Part shown: positions 1 through 7,612 of the stretch, piece after piece | How the letters are laid out: each line of letters opens with the position of its first letter | Position numbering within the stretch: position 1 is the first letter of the stretch | IMG/VR virus record: IMGVR_UViG_3300005764_000028 | Span: 1 to 45,945 of that record | Source of the DNA: a virus | Lineage: Duplodnaviria > Caudoviricetes | Direction: 5' to 3' (one strand) | DNA: 45,945 nt | Notes under the pieces: model-generated | What the model saw: the letters and a program-made list of their open reading frames with translations, nothing else | Told to the model about the DNA's origin: nothing | Databases searched by the model: none | Program-made: the position numbers and the translations under genes

Positions 1-932
1 TTCGACGCGGCGCCGATCATCGGGTCGAGCGTGGTGTAGGCGCCCGTGTCGGAATCGTTGATGCGGTAGGTGGAGCGCAGCTTGAACGCGATCAGCCCCG
101 GCTGCCCGATGATGTCCTGCCCGGAGGAGCCGCGCAGGCAGAGGACGGGCTCCTCGTCTTTCTCGATCAGGTCGTTGTAGTTGTTTCCCTGCGTGACGGG
201 GGTGCCGTTCGGCCATGTGTGGGAGCCCCCGGTGCAGCCTGTGAAGGTGGTGGCAGTGACCCCGGTGTACTGGACGGTGTCGGCGGTGGCCCCGGTGCCG
301 ATGGTGATTGCCCCGGTCGGGTCGAACCCGGCGGTGGAGGCGACGGTGACTGTGGCGGCGGGGAGCGCCAGCGAGCCGCCCGCGGTGGTGGTGGACGCGG
401 GTGTCCAGCCTGCCCCGGTGCCGATCGAGGAGAAGTAGACGCGGGCGCTGTTGCCGGACGCCCACAGCCGGTTCTGCCACACGGCGAGCGTCGATCCCTT
501 GGGGCCGCTCGCGACGGCCGTGGTGCCGCCCGAGGTCCCGTCCGAGGCGAACAGCCCGTCGGCGGGATGGATGATGTACAGCTTGCCCGCGAACTCCGCG
601 AAGCCGCAGCGTGCGCTCGTGGTGAACGTCTTGAACGCGGTGGTCGAGTTGTCGAGGTACAGGCTGGGGCCGACCTGGGTGACGAGGTGGCCGGGGGTCG
701 CGGGCCACGCGAAGATCGCGACGACCTTGTTCGAGGCGTGGTACGGGCTCGGGTTCTGCTTGACGTAGCCGAGCCTGGACCCGAAGCCGCCGCGCTCGTC
801 CAGCACGACGTTGTAGAGGTCGGGCGACTCGGACGGGGCTAGCTCGTCGATCGCGTCGCGCAGGTTGAGCCCGCCGACGAAGCCGCGGTAGGCGCTGGTC
901 TGTAGCTCGCGGAACGGGGCTGCGGCGCTCAT
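1..932 (-). CDS. Tail stabilisation/tubular-B (nozzle)-like protein, N-terminal part; runs off the left edge
   Basis: Read by hand: ATG at 932 (ATGA overlap with upstream stop), MSAAAPFRELQTSAYRGFVGGLNLRDAIDELAPSESPDLYNVVLDERGGF...; the F-x-GG-LN start and beta-rich AVWQNRLW segments resemble P22 gp10/T7 gp12-type proteins; frame open to base 1. Confidence 0.7.
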   Translation of the reverse strand, partial: MSAAAPFRELQTSAYRGFVGGLNLRDAIDELAPSESPDLYNVVLDERGGFGSRLGYVKQNPSPYHASNKVVAIFAWPATPGHLVTQVGPSLYLDNSTTAFKTFTTSARCGFAEFAGKLYIIHPADGLFASDGTSGGTTAVASGPKGSTLAVWQNRLWASGNSARVYFSSIGTGAGWTPASTTTAGGSLALPAATVTVASTAGFDPTGAITIGTGATADTVQYTGVTATTFTGCTGGSHTWPNGTPVTQGNNYNDLIEKDEEPVLCLRGSSGQDIIGQPGLIAFKLRSTYRINDSDTGAYTTLDPMIGAAS

Positions 933-1843
933 CGGTAGGCGAGTGCGTCGCGGGGCAGCTGGTCGCTCATGCCGCGTCCGGCGACGAGGTAGCGGCGGCG
1001 CATCCCGTCGATCGTCCGCTGGTAGCGCGCCTCCAAGGGACCGCCGGTCGGGTCGTTCTCCAGTTCGAGCGCGAACGCCTGGGCGCCGGCAACCAGGGCG
1101 AGGTGTGTCTCGGGCGGCGTGACGGGCGGCACGGCGTCGTCGGCGAGCGGCGGCGGCTGGATCTGGTAGAGCAGCGTCGCCGGGTACGAGGCGTCGGGCG
1201 CCGGGCCGATGAGCAGCGTCCCCGCGAACACCGTCCACGCGGCCGGACGCCCAGACATGGTGTCGCCGACGAACTGGTCTTGGAAGTCTGCGAGGTTGAG
1301 GAAGTCGAGCGGGTCGCCGTCGTCGTTGAGGTAGAGCCGCCAGGGGAGTCCGCAGTCGGCGGGGGCGGCGACGGCGGCGCTGTCGAGCGCGATGCCCGTC
1401 TTGCCCTGGAGGAACGCCCACTCTTCGAGCCCGAGCAGTTCGCCGTAGCGGTAGTTGAGGAACCCGAGGATCCGGGTGCGGCTGGTGCCGAACCGCTTGT
1501 CGGCGAGGAACTCGGTGATCAACGCGGAGCCCGACATGCCGGGGCCGATCGGCGACGGCGCTCCGATCGGGGCGACAGCTTCGACGCCGACGACGAGGTC
1601 TTCGGTGCCGAGGACGGTGCCGCCCGCGCCGAGCGTCCAGATCAGCGTGTACTGGCCGGGGACGGTGGGCGCGGTGAGGCTGGGGGCCGAGTAGACGCCG
1701 GGGGCGAGCTCCTGGGCGGCGCCCGTGTACGCGGTCGTGGTCGCGCCTTGGTTGTCGTTGACCGTGACGCCGATCGTGCCGAGCAGGCCGGTCTGGCCTG
1801 TCTCGATGACCGCCTCGTAGCGGACTCCCGGCTGGACGTTCAC
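929..1843 (-). CDS. Head-tail adaptor (tail tubular A-like) with an N-terminal beta-sandwich extension
   Basis: GTG at 1843 overlaps the upstream TGA; C-terminal part (FLNYRY...W-x-F, GRPAAW, LLIGPAPD, H-x-ALV-x-GA) resembles podoviral adaptors; lies just before the nozzle-like gene. Confidence 0.6.
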   Translation of the reverse strand: MNVQPGVRYEAVIETGQTGLLGTIGVTVNDNQGATTTAYTGAAQELAPGVYSAPSLTAPTVPGQYTLIWTLGAGGTVLGTEDLVVGVEAVAPIGAPSPIGPGMSGSALITEFLADKRFGTSRTRILGFLNYRYGELLGLEEWAFLQGKTGIALDSAAVAAPADCGLPWRLYLNDDGDPLDFLNLADFQDQFVGDTMSGRPAAWTVFAGTLLIGPAPDASYPATLLYQIQPPPLADDAVPPVTPPETHLALVAGAQAFALELENDPTGGPLEARYQRTIDGMRRRYLVAGRGMSDQLPRDALAYR

Positions 1844-2184
1844 GCGGTCGTCCCCGGCGGCGTCCCGGCCGCGCCGTTGTTGTCCTGCATGTGCAGCATC
1901 GTCTGGCAGAAGTCCTTGGTCGGGTCGCCCGCGAGCGCGGCGAGCAACTGGGTGGCGCATCCGTTCGCGTCGTACAGCAGCCGGTCGCCGCTGAGCAGCG
2001 TGATCTGACAGGAGATCAGGAGGTTGCCCGAGACGTTGCTCTCGGGGCGACGCTCGAAGACGACGAGCGCGGTGTCGGTCGCGGCGTTGCCCCCGAGCGC
2101 CGCGATGACCTGATCCGCGGCCTGCTCCGGTGTGTACGGGTAGCTCACGCCCTGGTCGAGCGCGATGGTCGTCTGCGTCTTCAT
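1840..2184 (-). CDS. Hypothetical virion-region protein (114 aa) with an internal duplication
   Basis: ATG at 2184 with GGAGGG RBS; MKTQTTIALDQG...; two similar halves. Confidence 0.65.
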   Translation of the reverse strand: MKTQTTIALDQGVSYPYTPEQAADQVIAALGGNAATDTALVVFERRPESNVSGNLLISCQITLLSGDRLLYDANGCATQLLAALAGDPTKDFCQTMLHMQDNNGAAGTPPGTTA

Positions 2185-2194
2185 CCGTCCCTCC

Positions 2195-4417
2195 TCACCA
2201 CGAGAACACCACCACGTAGCCGCCGCCACCGTTGCCGCCTTTGCCGCCGCCGCCCTGCGCGGAGCCGCCGCCTCCGCCTCCGCCGCCGCCGGGGAAGCCG
2301 CCGTTGCCACCCGCCCCACCGACCGTGCCCAACGTGGTCGAGCCGCCGCCGCCGCCGCCGCCTGAGCCGGAAAACTCCGTCCCGGTTGCCGATGGGCCTG
2401 TGCCGCCCGCGGTGGGTGTTGCGCCTGTCGTCCCGACGGCACCACCGCCGCCGTTGACGAGCGACCCCGACTTGCCGCCGTCCGAACCTAGCTGGGGGGC
2501 AGCGTTCGTTCCGCCTGAGCCAGCGCCTCCCCCGCCAGCGCCGAACGCGGCGCTGCCCCCACCTGCCGCAGCGCCCGTGGTGTAGTTCATGCCTGCGCCG
2601 CCGCCACCGCCCCACTCTGCTGGAGTCACGGTCACTGACGCTGGCCCGCCACAAGCGCCGGACAAACCCGTCGCTTTCGTGGAGGGAGAAGCGGCCTGCA
2701 ACACGCCGCCGCCTAGACCCTGACCGGCACTGGTGGCCGTGCCCCCCGTGCCGAAACCGCCGCCGCCGCCGCCGCCGTAGGCGTTGTTCGCGGACTGTCC
2801 GCAGTAGCCGCCGCCGCCTCCACCCGCAACGACGTAGGGGCCAAACGACGAGTCGGCCCCGGCGCTACCGGGCGTCCCAGGCGCACCGGTCGCCCCCGAT
2901 GCAGCCCCAGCGCCGCCGTTCGCCGCCGAACCGACGGTGACCGGGACGGTGGCGGGCAGGTCGGCTGCCCGCATCTGCTGATCGACGCGCGCGGCCCCGC
3001 CGCCACCCGCGCCGCCAGATCGCCCTGTGGCCGCCGCCGCCGCGTTCGCACCGCCGCCCGCACCGCCGCCCTGGCCGATGGCGATCACCCGCACCATCGT
3101 CGCCGTCGCGGGCTTCGTCCACGTCCCGTTCGCGGTGAACGTCTGCACGTCGATGGCCCCGGCGGCAGGGCTGCCCTGCGGGCCTGCGGGACCCTGCGGC
3201 CCCTGCGGGCCGATGTTCGGGTCGCGGGTGACGCGGAGGAACGCAGGAAGCAGGTTGCCCGAACCACCCGGCCCCGCCTTGATCGTGAACCCCGCCGCGT
3301 TACCGCTAAACATCCGCACCGAGTAGGTGTGCGAACCTGCCGAAGGCGTGTCGAAAACGCTCGCAGTACTGCCCTGTGCCCCGGTGCCCGTGCCTGCCAA
3401 AGCCATCCGAAACTGGCCGATGGGAGTCGTATCCCGATAGAACACGCAGAACGGATTGACCTGCTGGGGCATCGTCTCCTGCGGGTAGAAGAACTCGACG
3501 CGGACCCTGGTGGTGCCGTCGTACGTCTTGGCGTTGCCGCTGACCACAAGATCGGACGTGGCCTCCGTAAGCGCGACGGTCGTCACGTCGGCGGTGATCT
3601 GCGCGTAGTCCATCTCGCTGGTCTGCCCGCTGCCCGCCGACGGTGTGGCCCACCCGACCGCGTAGTCGGTGCCAGCCGTCTTCGACAGCACCTGCCCCGA
3701 CGCGCCCCCGGCGGGCACGGTGCCGTTGCCGGTGATCTTGTCGCCGGAACCGAGCGCCAGCGTGTCGGCGCTGGGGCGCGTCAGCTTCGTGTCGCCCGAC
3801 GGGCCGAACATGATGCCGGGGTCGCCGGAGATGCTGCCCATCTCCATCTGCCCTGCCGCCCCGCCCTGCTGAGCCTGGACGTTCGCCGCCGCGTACAGGC
3901 CGGAACCGACCAGCACGACCCCCGACGCGAGACGGGAGAGGCTGGTGTCGCCCGCCCAGTTGATCTGTCCTGTCAGCCTGAGCCCTGCTGTTTCCTGCAC
4001 CCACGCCGACCCGTTCCACACGAGCGGCGCGTTCGTGACGGTGCCGTTCGGCAGCGTGGCGCCGCCGCCCGTTGCCGGGGTCTGCCAGTTCGTCGCGTAG
4101 TCGGTCCCGGAGACTTTGGTCAGGACTTGGCCGGTCAAGCCGCCCGTGGGGACACCGGGGCCAGCGGGGCCGGTCGAGCCGGGGTTGCCCTGCGGCCCCT
4201 GAGCGCCGGTCGCGCCAGCCGGACCCTGCGAACCCGTCGGCCCTTGCGGGCCGGTCGGCCCTGCCGGACCCTGCGGGCCGGGTGGGCCGACGCCGCCCGC
4301 GCCGGGGACGAACGTGCCGGACGCGGCGTCGTACATCACCGCGTCGCCGTCCGCGACGCCGGACATGTTCACGTCGAGCAGCCGCTGGAAACGCCGGATG
4401 ACGGTGATCGCGGGCAT
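2195..4417 (-). CDS. Tail fibre/receptor-binding protein with collagen-like (Gly-X-Y) segments and a glycine-rich C-terminal domain
   Basis: GPQGPAGPTGPQG repeats; repeated GQVL-x-K-x-x-GTDYA-x-x-W-x-TP motifs; C-terminal TFTANGTWTKP...GGNGGGGYVVVFSW domain. Confidence 0.85.
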   Translation of the reverse strand: MPAITVIRRFQRLLDVNMSGVADGDAVMYDAASGTFVPGAGGVGPPGPQGPAGPTGPQGPTGSQGPAGATGAQGPQGNPGSTGPAGPGVPTGGLTGQVLTKVSGTDYATNWQTPATGGGATLPNGTVTNAPLVWNGSAWVQETAGLRLTGQINWAGDTSLSRLASGVVLVGSGLYAAANVQAQQGGAAGQMEMGSISGDPGIMFGPSGDTKLTRPSADTLALGSGDKITGNGTVPAGGASGQVLSKTAGTDYAVGWATPSAGSGQTSEMDYAQITADVTTVALTEATSDLVVSGNAKTYDGTTRVRVEFFYPQETMPQQVNPFCVFYRDTTPIGQFRMALAGTGTGAQGSTASVFDTPSAGSHTYSVRMFSGNAAGFTIKAGPGGSGNLLPAFLRVTRDPNIGPQGPQGPAGPQGSPAAGAIDVQTFTANGTWTKPATATMVRVIAIGQGGGAGGGANAAAAATGRSGGAGGGGAARVDQQMRAADLPATVPVTVGSAANGGAGAASGATGAPGTPGSAGADSSFGPYVVAGGGGGGYCGQSANNAYGGGGGGGFGTGGTATSAGQGLGGGVLQAASPSTKATGLSGACGGPASVTVTPAEWGGGGGAGMNYTTGAAAGGGSAAFGAGGGGAGSGGTNAAPQLGSDGGKSGSLVNGGGGAVGTTGATPTAGGTGPSATGTEFSGSGGGGGGGSTTLGTVGGAGGNGGFPGGGGGGGGGSAQGGGGKGGNGGGGYVVVFSW

Positions 4418-4869
4418 CAGCGGCCCTTCGTCTTCAGCGAGGTTGAGAACGTGACCGGCTTGCCGTGGCCGGGGCTCAGCCGTTTCTCGTGTTCGCGGAT
4501 CAGGTCTTCGCGCTCCTGCCGGGCCTCGTCAGCGAGCCGCTCGCGCACCCGGCGCGTCGAGTCCGCGAGCGACGTGCCGCTGACGATCTGCTCGCGGCGG
4601 GTCAGTTCCTGGGCGCGCACCTGATCCACCAGCCCGAGCGAGAGTTCGCGCGGCGTGTCGTCCGGGTCTGTCCACCACACGATCGGGCGCCACTCGCGCG
4701 GGTCGGCGCCGTGGCGGATCTTCACGCACCACACCGGCCTGCCCCACTCGTCCAGCTGCTGGTCGAGGAGCAGCACGGGGTCGAGCCGCCGCAGCGCGGC
4801 GGCGACGGTCTTGTAGCTCGCACCCTGGTAGCAGACGGCGAGCCCGGACGAGGTGAGGATCGTGTCCAT
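4417..4869 (-). CDS. Hypothetical protein (150 aa)
   Basis: ORF track; TGATG coupling to the fibre gene; globular composition. Confidence 0.7.
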   Translation of the reverse strand: MDTILTSSGLAVCYQGASYKTVAAALRRLDPVLLLDQQLDEWGRPVWCVKIRHGADPREWRPIVWWTDPDDTPRELSLGLVDQVRAQELTRREQIVSGTSLADSTRRVRERLADEARQEREDLIREHEKRLSPGHGKPVTFSTSLKTKGR

Positions 4870-4873
4870 GAAG

Positions 4874-4941
4874 AGCAGGCCGCGGTAACGCTCCGCGAGG
4901 GCCGGACGTATGAAACCCGGCTAGGGACTTCCCTGCCTGCT
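4874..4941 (-). tRNA. Non-canonical tRNA-like cloverleaf, anticodon CAU, short D-arm
   Basis: Minus strand AGCAGGC-AGGG AAGT CCCT-A-GCCGGGT TTCATAC GTCCGGC-CCT-CGCGG AGCGTTA CCGCG-GCCTGCT: 7-bp acceptor stem, 7-nt anticodon loop with U33-CAU-A37, 5-bp T-stem with 7-nt loop; G-U pairs favour the minus strand; no encoded CCA. Confidence 0.55.
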
Positions 4942-4947
4942 GTGCGG

Positions 4948-5019
4948 GGGCGGGGGCCGGACGGATCGGGCGCTCACGACCCCCGCCCTGGGAGGCGCCG
5001 CGAAGGGACTACGCGGCGC
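4948..5019. terminator. Two GC-rich hairpins downstream of the capsid/HNH genes (terminator or RNA-processing structures)
   Basis: GGGCGGGGG(4948)...CCCCCGCCC(4988) and GCGCCGCG...CGCGGCGC (about 4995-5019); no U-tract. Confidence 0.4.
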
Positions 5020-5045
5020 GGTGGTACATGTCGTAGAGTTCAGAC

Positions 5046-5516
5046 GTGGACGTGACAGGCGACGTACTCAAGCGGTTCGTCACCAAGTTCACGGTCAACC
5101 CTGAAACCGGCTGCTGGGACTGGACAGCGGCGAGTCGTTCTGACGGCTACGGGGCTATCAACACTCCGGGCCGCACCGAGCTTGCTCATCGTGTGTCGTT
5201 CACTGTCTTCGTCGGGCCGATCCCCGAGGACTTGCAGATCGACCATCTGTGCAACAACCGGGGCTGTGTGAATCCCGATCATCTGGAGCCTGTCAGTCAG
5301 GTTGAGAACCTCGGGCGTGGCGCTCGACGCCGCACTCGCTGTCGGCAGGGGCATCTCTTCACCCTTGAGAACACCGGCTACAAGGCGACTGGGTACCGCT
5401 TCTGTCGTCAATGCAGTCGAAGACAAAGCCGTGAAGCCCAGCACCGCAAGCAAGCGCGGGATCGAGCGATAGCCCTAGGCGGCGAAATTCCCGCTTGGGC
5501 AGCCCTGCGTTCCTAA
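5046..5516 (+). CDS. Free-standing HNH homing endonuclease (HNH_3/His-Cys-like) with C-terminal Zn finger, antisense to the structural operon
   Basis: GCWDW...GYG...AHRVS...GPIP...IDHLCNNRGCVNPDHLE..EN; CRQGH...CRQC; TAGAGT -10-like box ending 6 nt before the GTG (leaderless). Confidence 0.9.
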   Translation: MDVTGDVLKRFVTKFTVNPETGCWDWTAASRSDGYGAINTPGRTELAHRVSFTVFVGPIPEDLQIDHLCNNRGCVNPDHLEPVSQVENLGRGARRRTRCRQGHLFTLENTGYKATGYRFCRQCSRRQSREAQHRKQARDRAIALGGEIPAWAALRS

Positions 5517-6787
5517 CTGGCGCGGTTCAAGTTCTTGGCGTAAACGAACCGATCGACGCGGGTGTACGCGGCCTGCTCCTCGGCGATCAGCCACGCCTCG
5601 ACCGGCTGGGAGCGGGCGAACCGCTTCCAGATCGAGCCGTCCTGGTCGTCGAACTGCGGGCCGTTCCCGATCTCAAGGATCGTCACGTCGTCGAGCGGGA
5701 TGCCGACGATCTGGTTGCGGGCCGCGTCGTAGTCGGCGAACATCCGCTGGCCCTTGTAGGTGATGTAGTCGAACCCGGTGTCGAGGGTGCCCTTGTCGCC
5801 CTCCCACCGGTAGTAGTTGCTGAGCCCCTGGCTGAACGTGTCGAGCACGGCCGGGTCGCACATCCAGAGGTTCTTGAACGTCTGGCCGGGGGTGAGGTGG
5901 GAGCCGCGCCTGCGGACGCAGCCGTCCATGACGGCGACGCCGAGGTCCTTCGCGGTGGCGTCGCCCGCGCGGCCGTCGGTGGCCTTCCAGTCCTTGTAGA
6001 TCGACCGGTCGAGCCCCTGGAAGGTGCCGGTCTGGGCGATCGCCGCGTTGTAGCCCTGGAGGATGTCCGGGGCGTTCGGGGCCACCGCGCTGGCGGCGGC
6101 GTTCTCGATGTAGAACCCGTCGGTGGTGCCGATGACCGGGACGGTCTGCGTGTCGTCGTCGGCGCGGGCGACGGTGATCGTCTCCGAGCCCGGCGTCTCG
6201 ACCTTGTCCACGATCATCACCCCGGCCTGCACGACGGCGCGGGTGGTGCGGTTGAGGATGTCGCCGACCCTGCCGAGGTACAGCAGGTCGGTGTTCGCCC
6301 CAGCGACCCCGGCGATCCCGGTGGTGCCCGCGGTCGAGGCGGTGGTGACGGTGGCGAGGAGCCCGGTGCCGTCCCCGCACAGAAGCTCGTTGCGGGTCTT
6401 GACCATCGCCTCCTGGGCGAGGCTCATCTCCAGTTCCGCCGCCTGCGCGAACGAGGTCTTCGGGTTGCCGCTGATCTTCGGCAGCCGCTTGGAGAGGCTG
6501 ACCGTGTGCTCGATGGAGGCGATCCCTACGTTCGCCTTCATCGTGCGGATCTTGCGGCCGACCGGCAGGACTCCAAGCTCTGTCGCGATCCCGGTGCCCT
6601 GCTTGACGTTGCGGATGATCGTGATGCGGGCGGTGTTCTCCTCGTACTGGTGGTCTTCGAGGTTCCCGCGCTGGTACTGGTCCGCGAGTACGCCGCCCGA
6701 CCTGTAGGCGCGTTGCAGCGTGAGCAGCAACTCGATCATCAAGTCGGTGTAGGAACCGGTGTACTCGGGAGCAAGCGTTGAAGCCAT
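5513..6787 (-). CDS. Major capsid protein
   Basis: 424 aa, after portal and scaffold, strong AAGGAG RBS, strongly biased codons; L-x-GDGTG motif and C-terminal ...NL ending common in HK97-fold coats. Confidence 0.8.
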   Translation of the reverse strand: MASTLAPEYTGSYTDLMIELLLTLQRAYRSGGVLADQYQRGNLEDHQYEENTARITIIRNVKQGTGIATELGVLPVGRKIRTMKANVGIASIEHTVSLSKRLPKISGNPKTSFAQAAELEMSLAQEAMVKTRNELLCGDGTGLLATVTTASTAGTTGIAGVAGANTDLLYLGRVGDILNRTTRAVVQAGVMIVDKVETPGSETITVARADDDTQTVPVIGTTDGFYIENAAASAVAPNAPDILQGYNAAIAQTGTFQGLDRSIYKDWKATDGRAGDATAKDLGVAVMDGCVRRRGSHLTPGQTFKNLWMCDPAVLDTFSQGLSNYYRWEGDKGTLDTGFDYITYKGQRMFADYDAARNQIVGIPLDDVTILEIGNGPQFDDQDGSIWKRFARSQPVEAWLIAEEQAAYTRVDRFVYAKNLNRAS

Positions 6788-6844
6788 CGCTTTCTCCTTC
6801 GTTGTGAGGGGTGGTGCGTCCCCGCGCTACGCGGGGAAGGGGGT

Positions 6845-7591
6845 TCAGTCGTGCAAGCCCTGGCGGCGTTCCCACGCCAACCGCGCCTCGCGCATGTTGG
6901 AGGGCACCGGCTCTGAGTGGATCGCGGCGGTGCCTGAGGCGGGCGGCTCGGTGGTGCCGTTCCCGGCGAGCCCTTGCTGGTACTCGCGGACGGCGGCGGC
7001 GCGCTCTTCGGCGATCAGCTGGGTGAGGCTCTGCGTCGCGGAGTGGAGCCCGCGGCCGGGGTCCCAGAAGCGGGCGTCGGGGTGGTCTTCGGGGGGGCGC
7101 TGTCCGGCGGCGAGCGTGATCGCCAACTCGCGGATGTTGTCGGCGACGGGGGCGCCCAGTTGCTGCTCGATCCCGGTGAACGCGTCGGTTGCCCACGCGT
7201 TGTACTGCTGCTGCTCGGCAGCCTGGAGCGCCGGCATGCCTTGCATCTCGGCGAGCATCTGCTCGCGGAACTGGCCGAGGATCTGGCCGAGTCCCTGGCC
7301 CAGCTGCTGGCCGAACTCGTCCGACAGCGGGTCGAGCCCGCCGAACGGGTCGTAGTAGGGCTGCTGGTCGGGCGGCTCCTCCTCCCCGTAGTCGAGCCCT
7401 TGCAGCGTCTCCCAGACGCTGCGCTGGAGCGCCTCCTGCCCCTCGGGGGAGGAGAGCATCGCGTTGTAGTCGGGCGCCGCGGCTGTCTCGGGTGCGGCCT
7501 CCGCGGTCGCCTCGGGCGCGGGCTCGCCGCCGCCCACGTCGGGCGCGGCGTCGGCCACCGTCTCGTAGAGGTACGAGGGGTCTGGGCGCAT
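6845..7591 (-). CDS. Capsid scaffolding protein
   Basis: Acidic Ala/Pro/Glu-rich N-terminus, Gln-rich helical core, between portal and capsid, AAGGAGG RBS. Confidence 0.7.
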   Translation of the reverse strand: MRPDPSYLYETVADAAPDVGGGEPAPEATAEAAPETAAAPDYNAMLSSPEGQEALQRSVWETLQGLDYGEEEPPDQQPYYDPFGGLDPLSDEFGQQLGQGLGQILGQFREQMLAEMQGMPALQAAEQQQYNAWATDAFTGIEQQLGAPVADNIRELAITLAAGQRPPEDHPDARFWDPGRGLHSATQSLTQLIAEERAAAVREYQQGLAGNGTTEPPASGTAAIHSEPVPSNMREARLAWERRQGLHD

Positions 7592-7612
7592 GGCGCCTCC
7601 TTGCTTAGAGGG

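Noticed and set aside
2195-4300. GCC/CCG-rich and Gly-X-Y repeats as non-coding repeats or PE-PGRS genes
   Set aside because: Explained by the collagen-like and glycine-rich domains of the tail fibre
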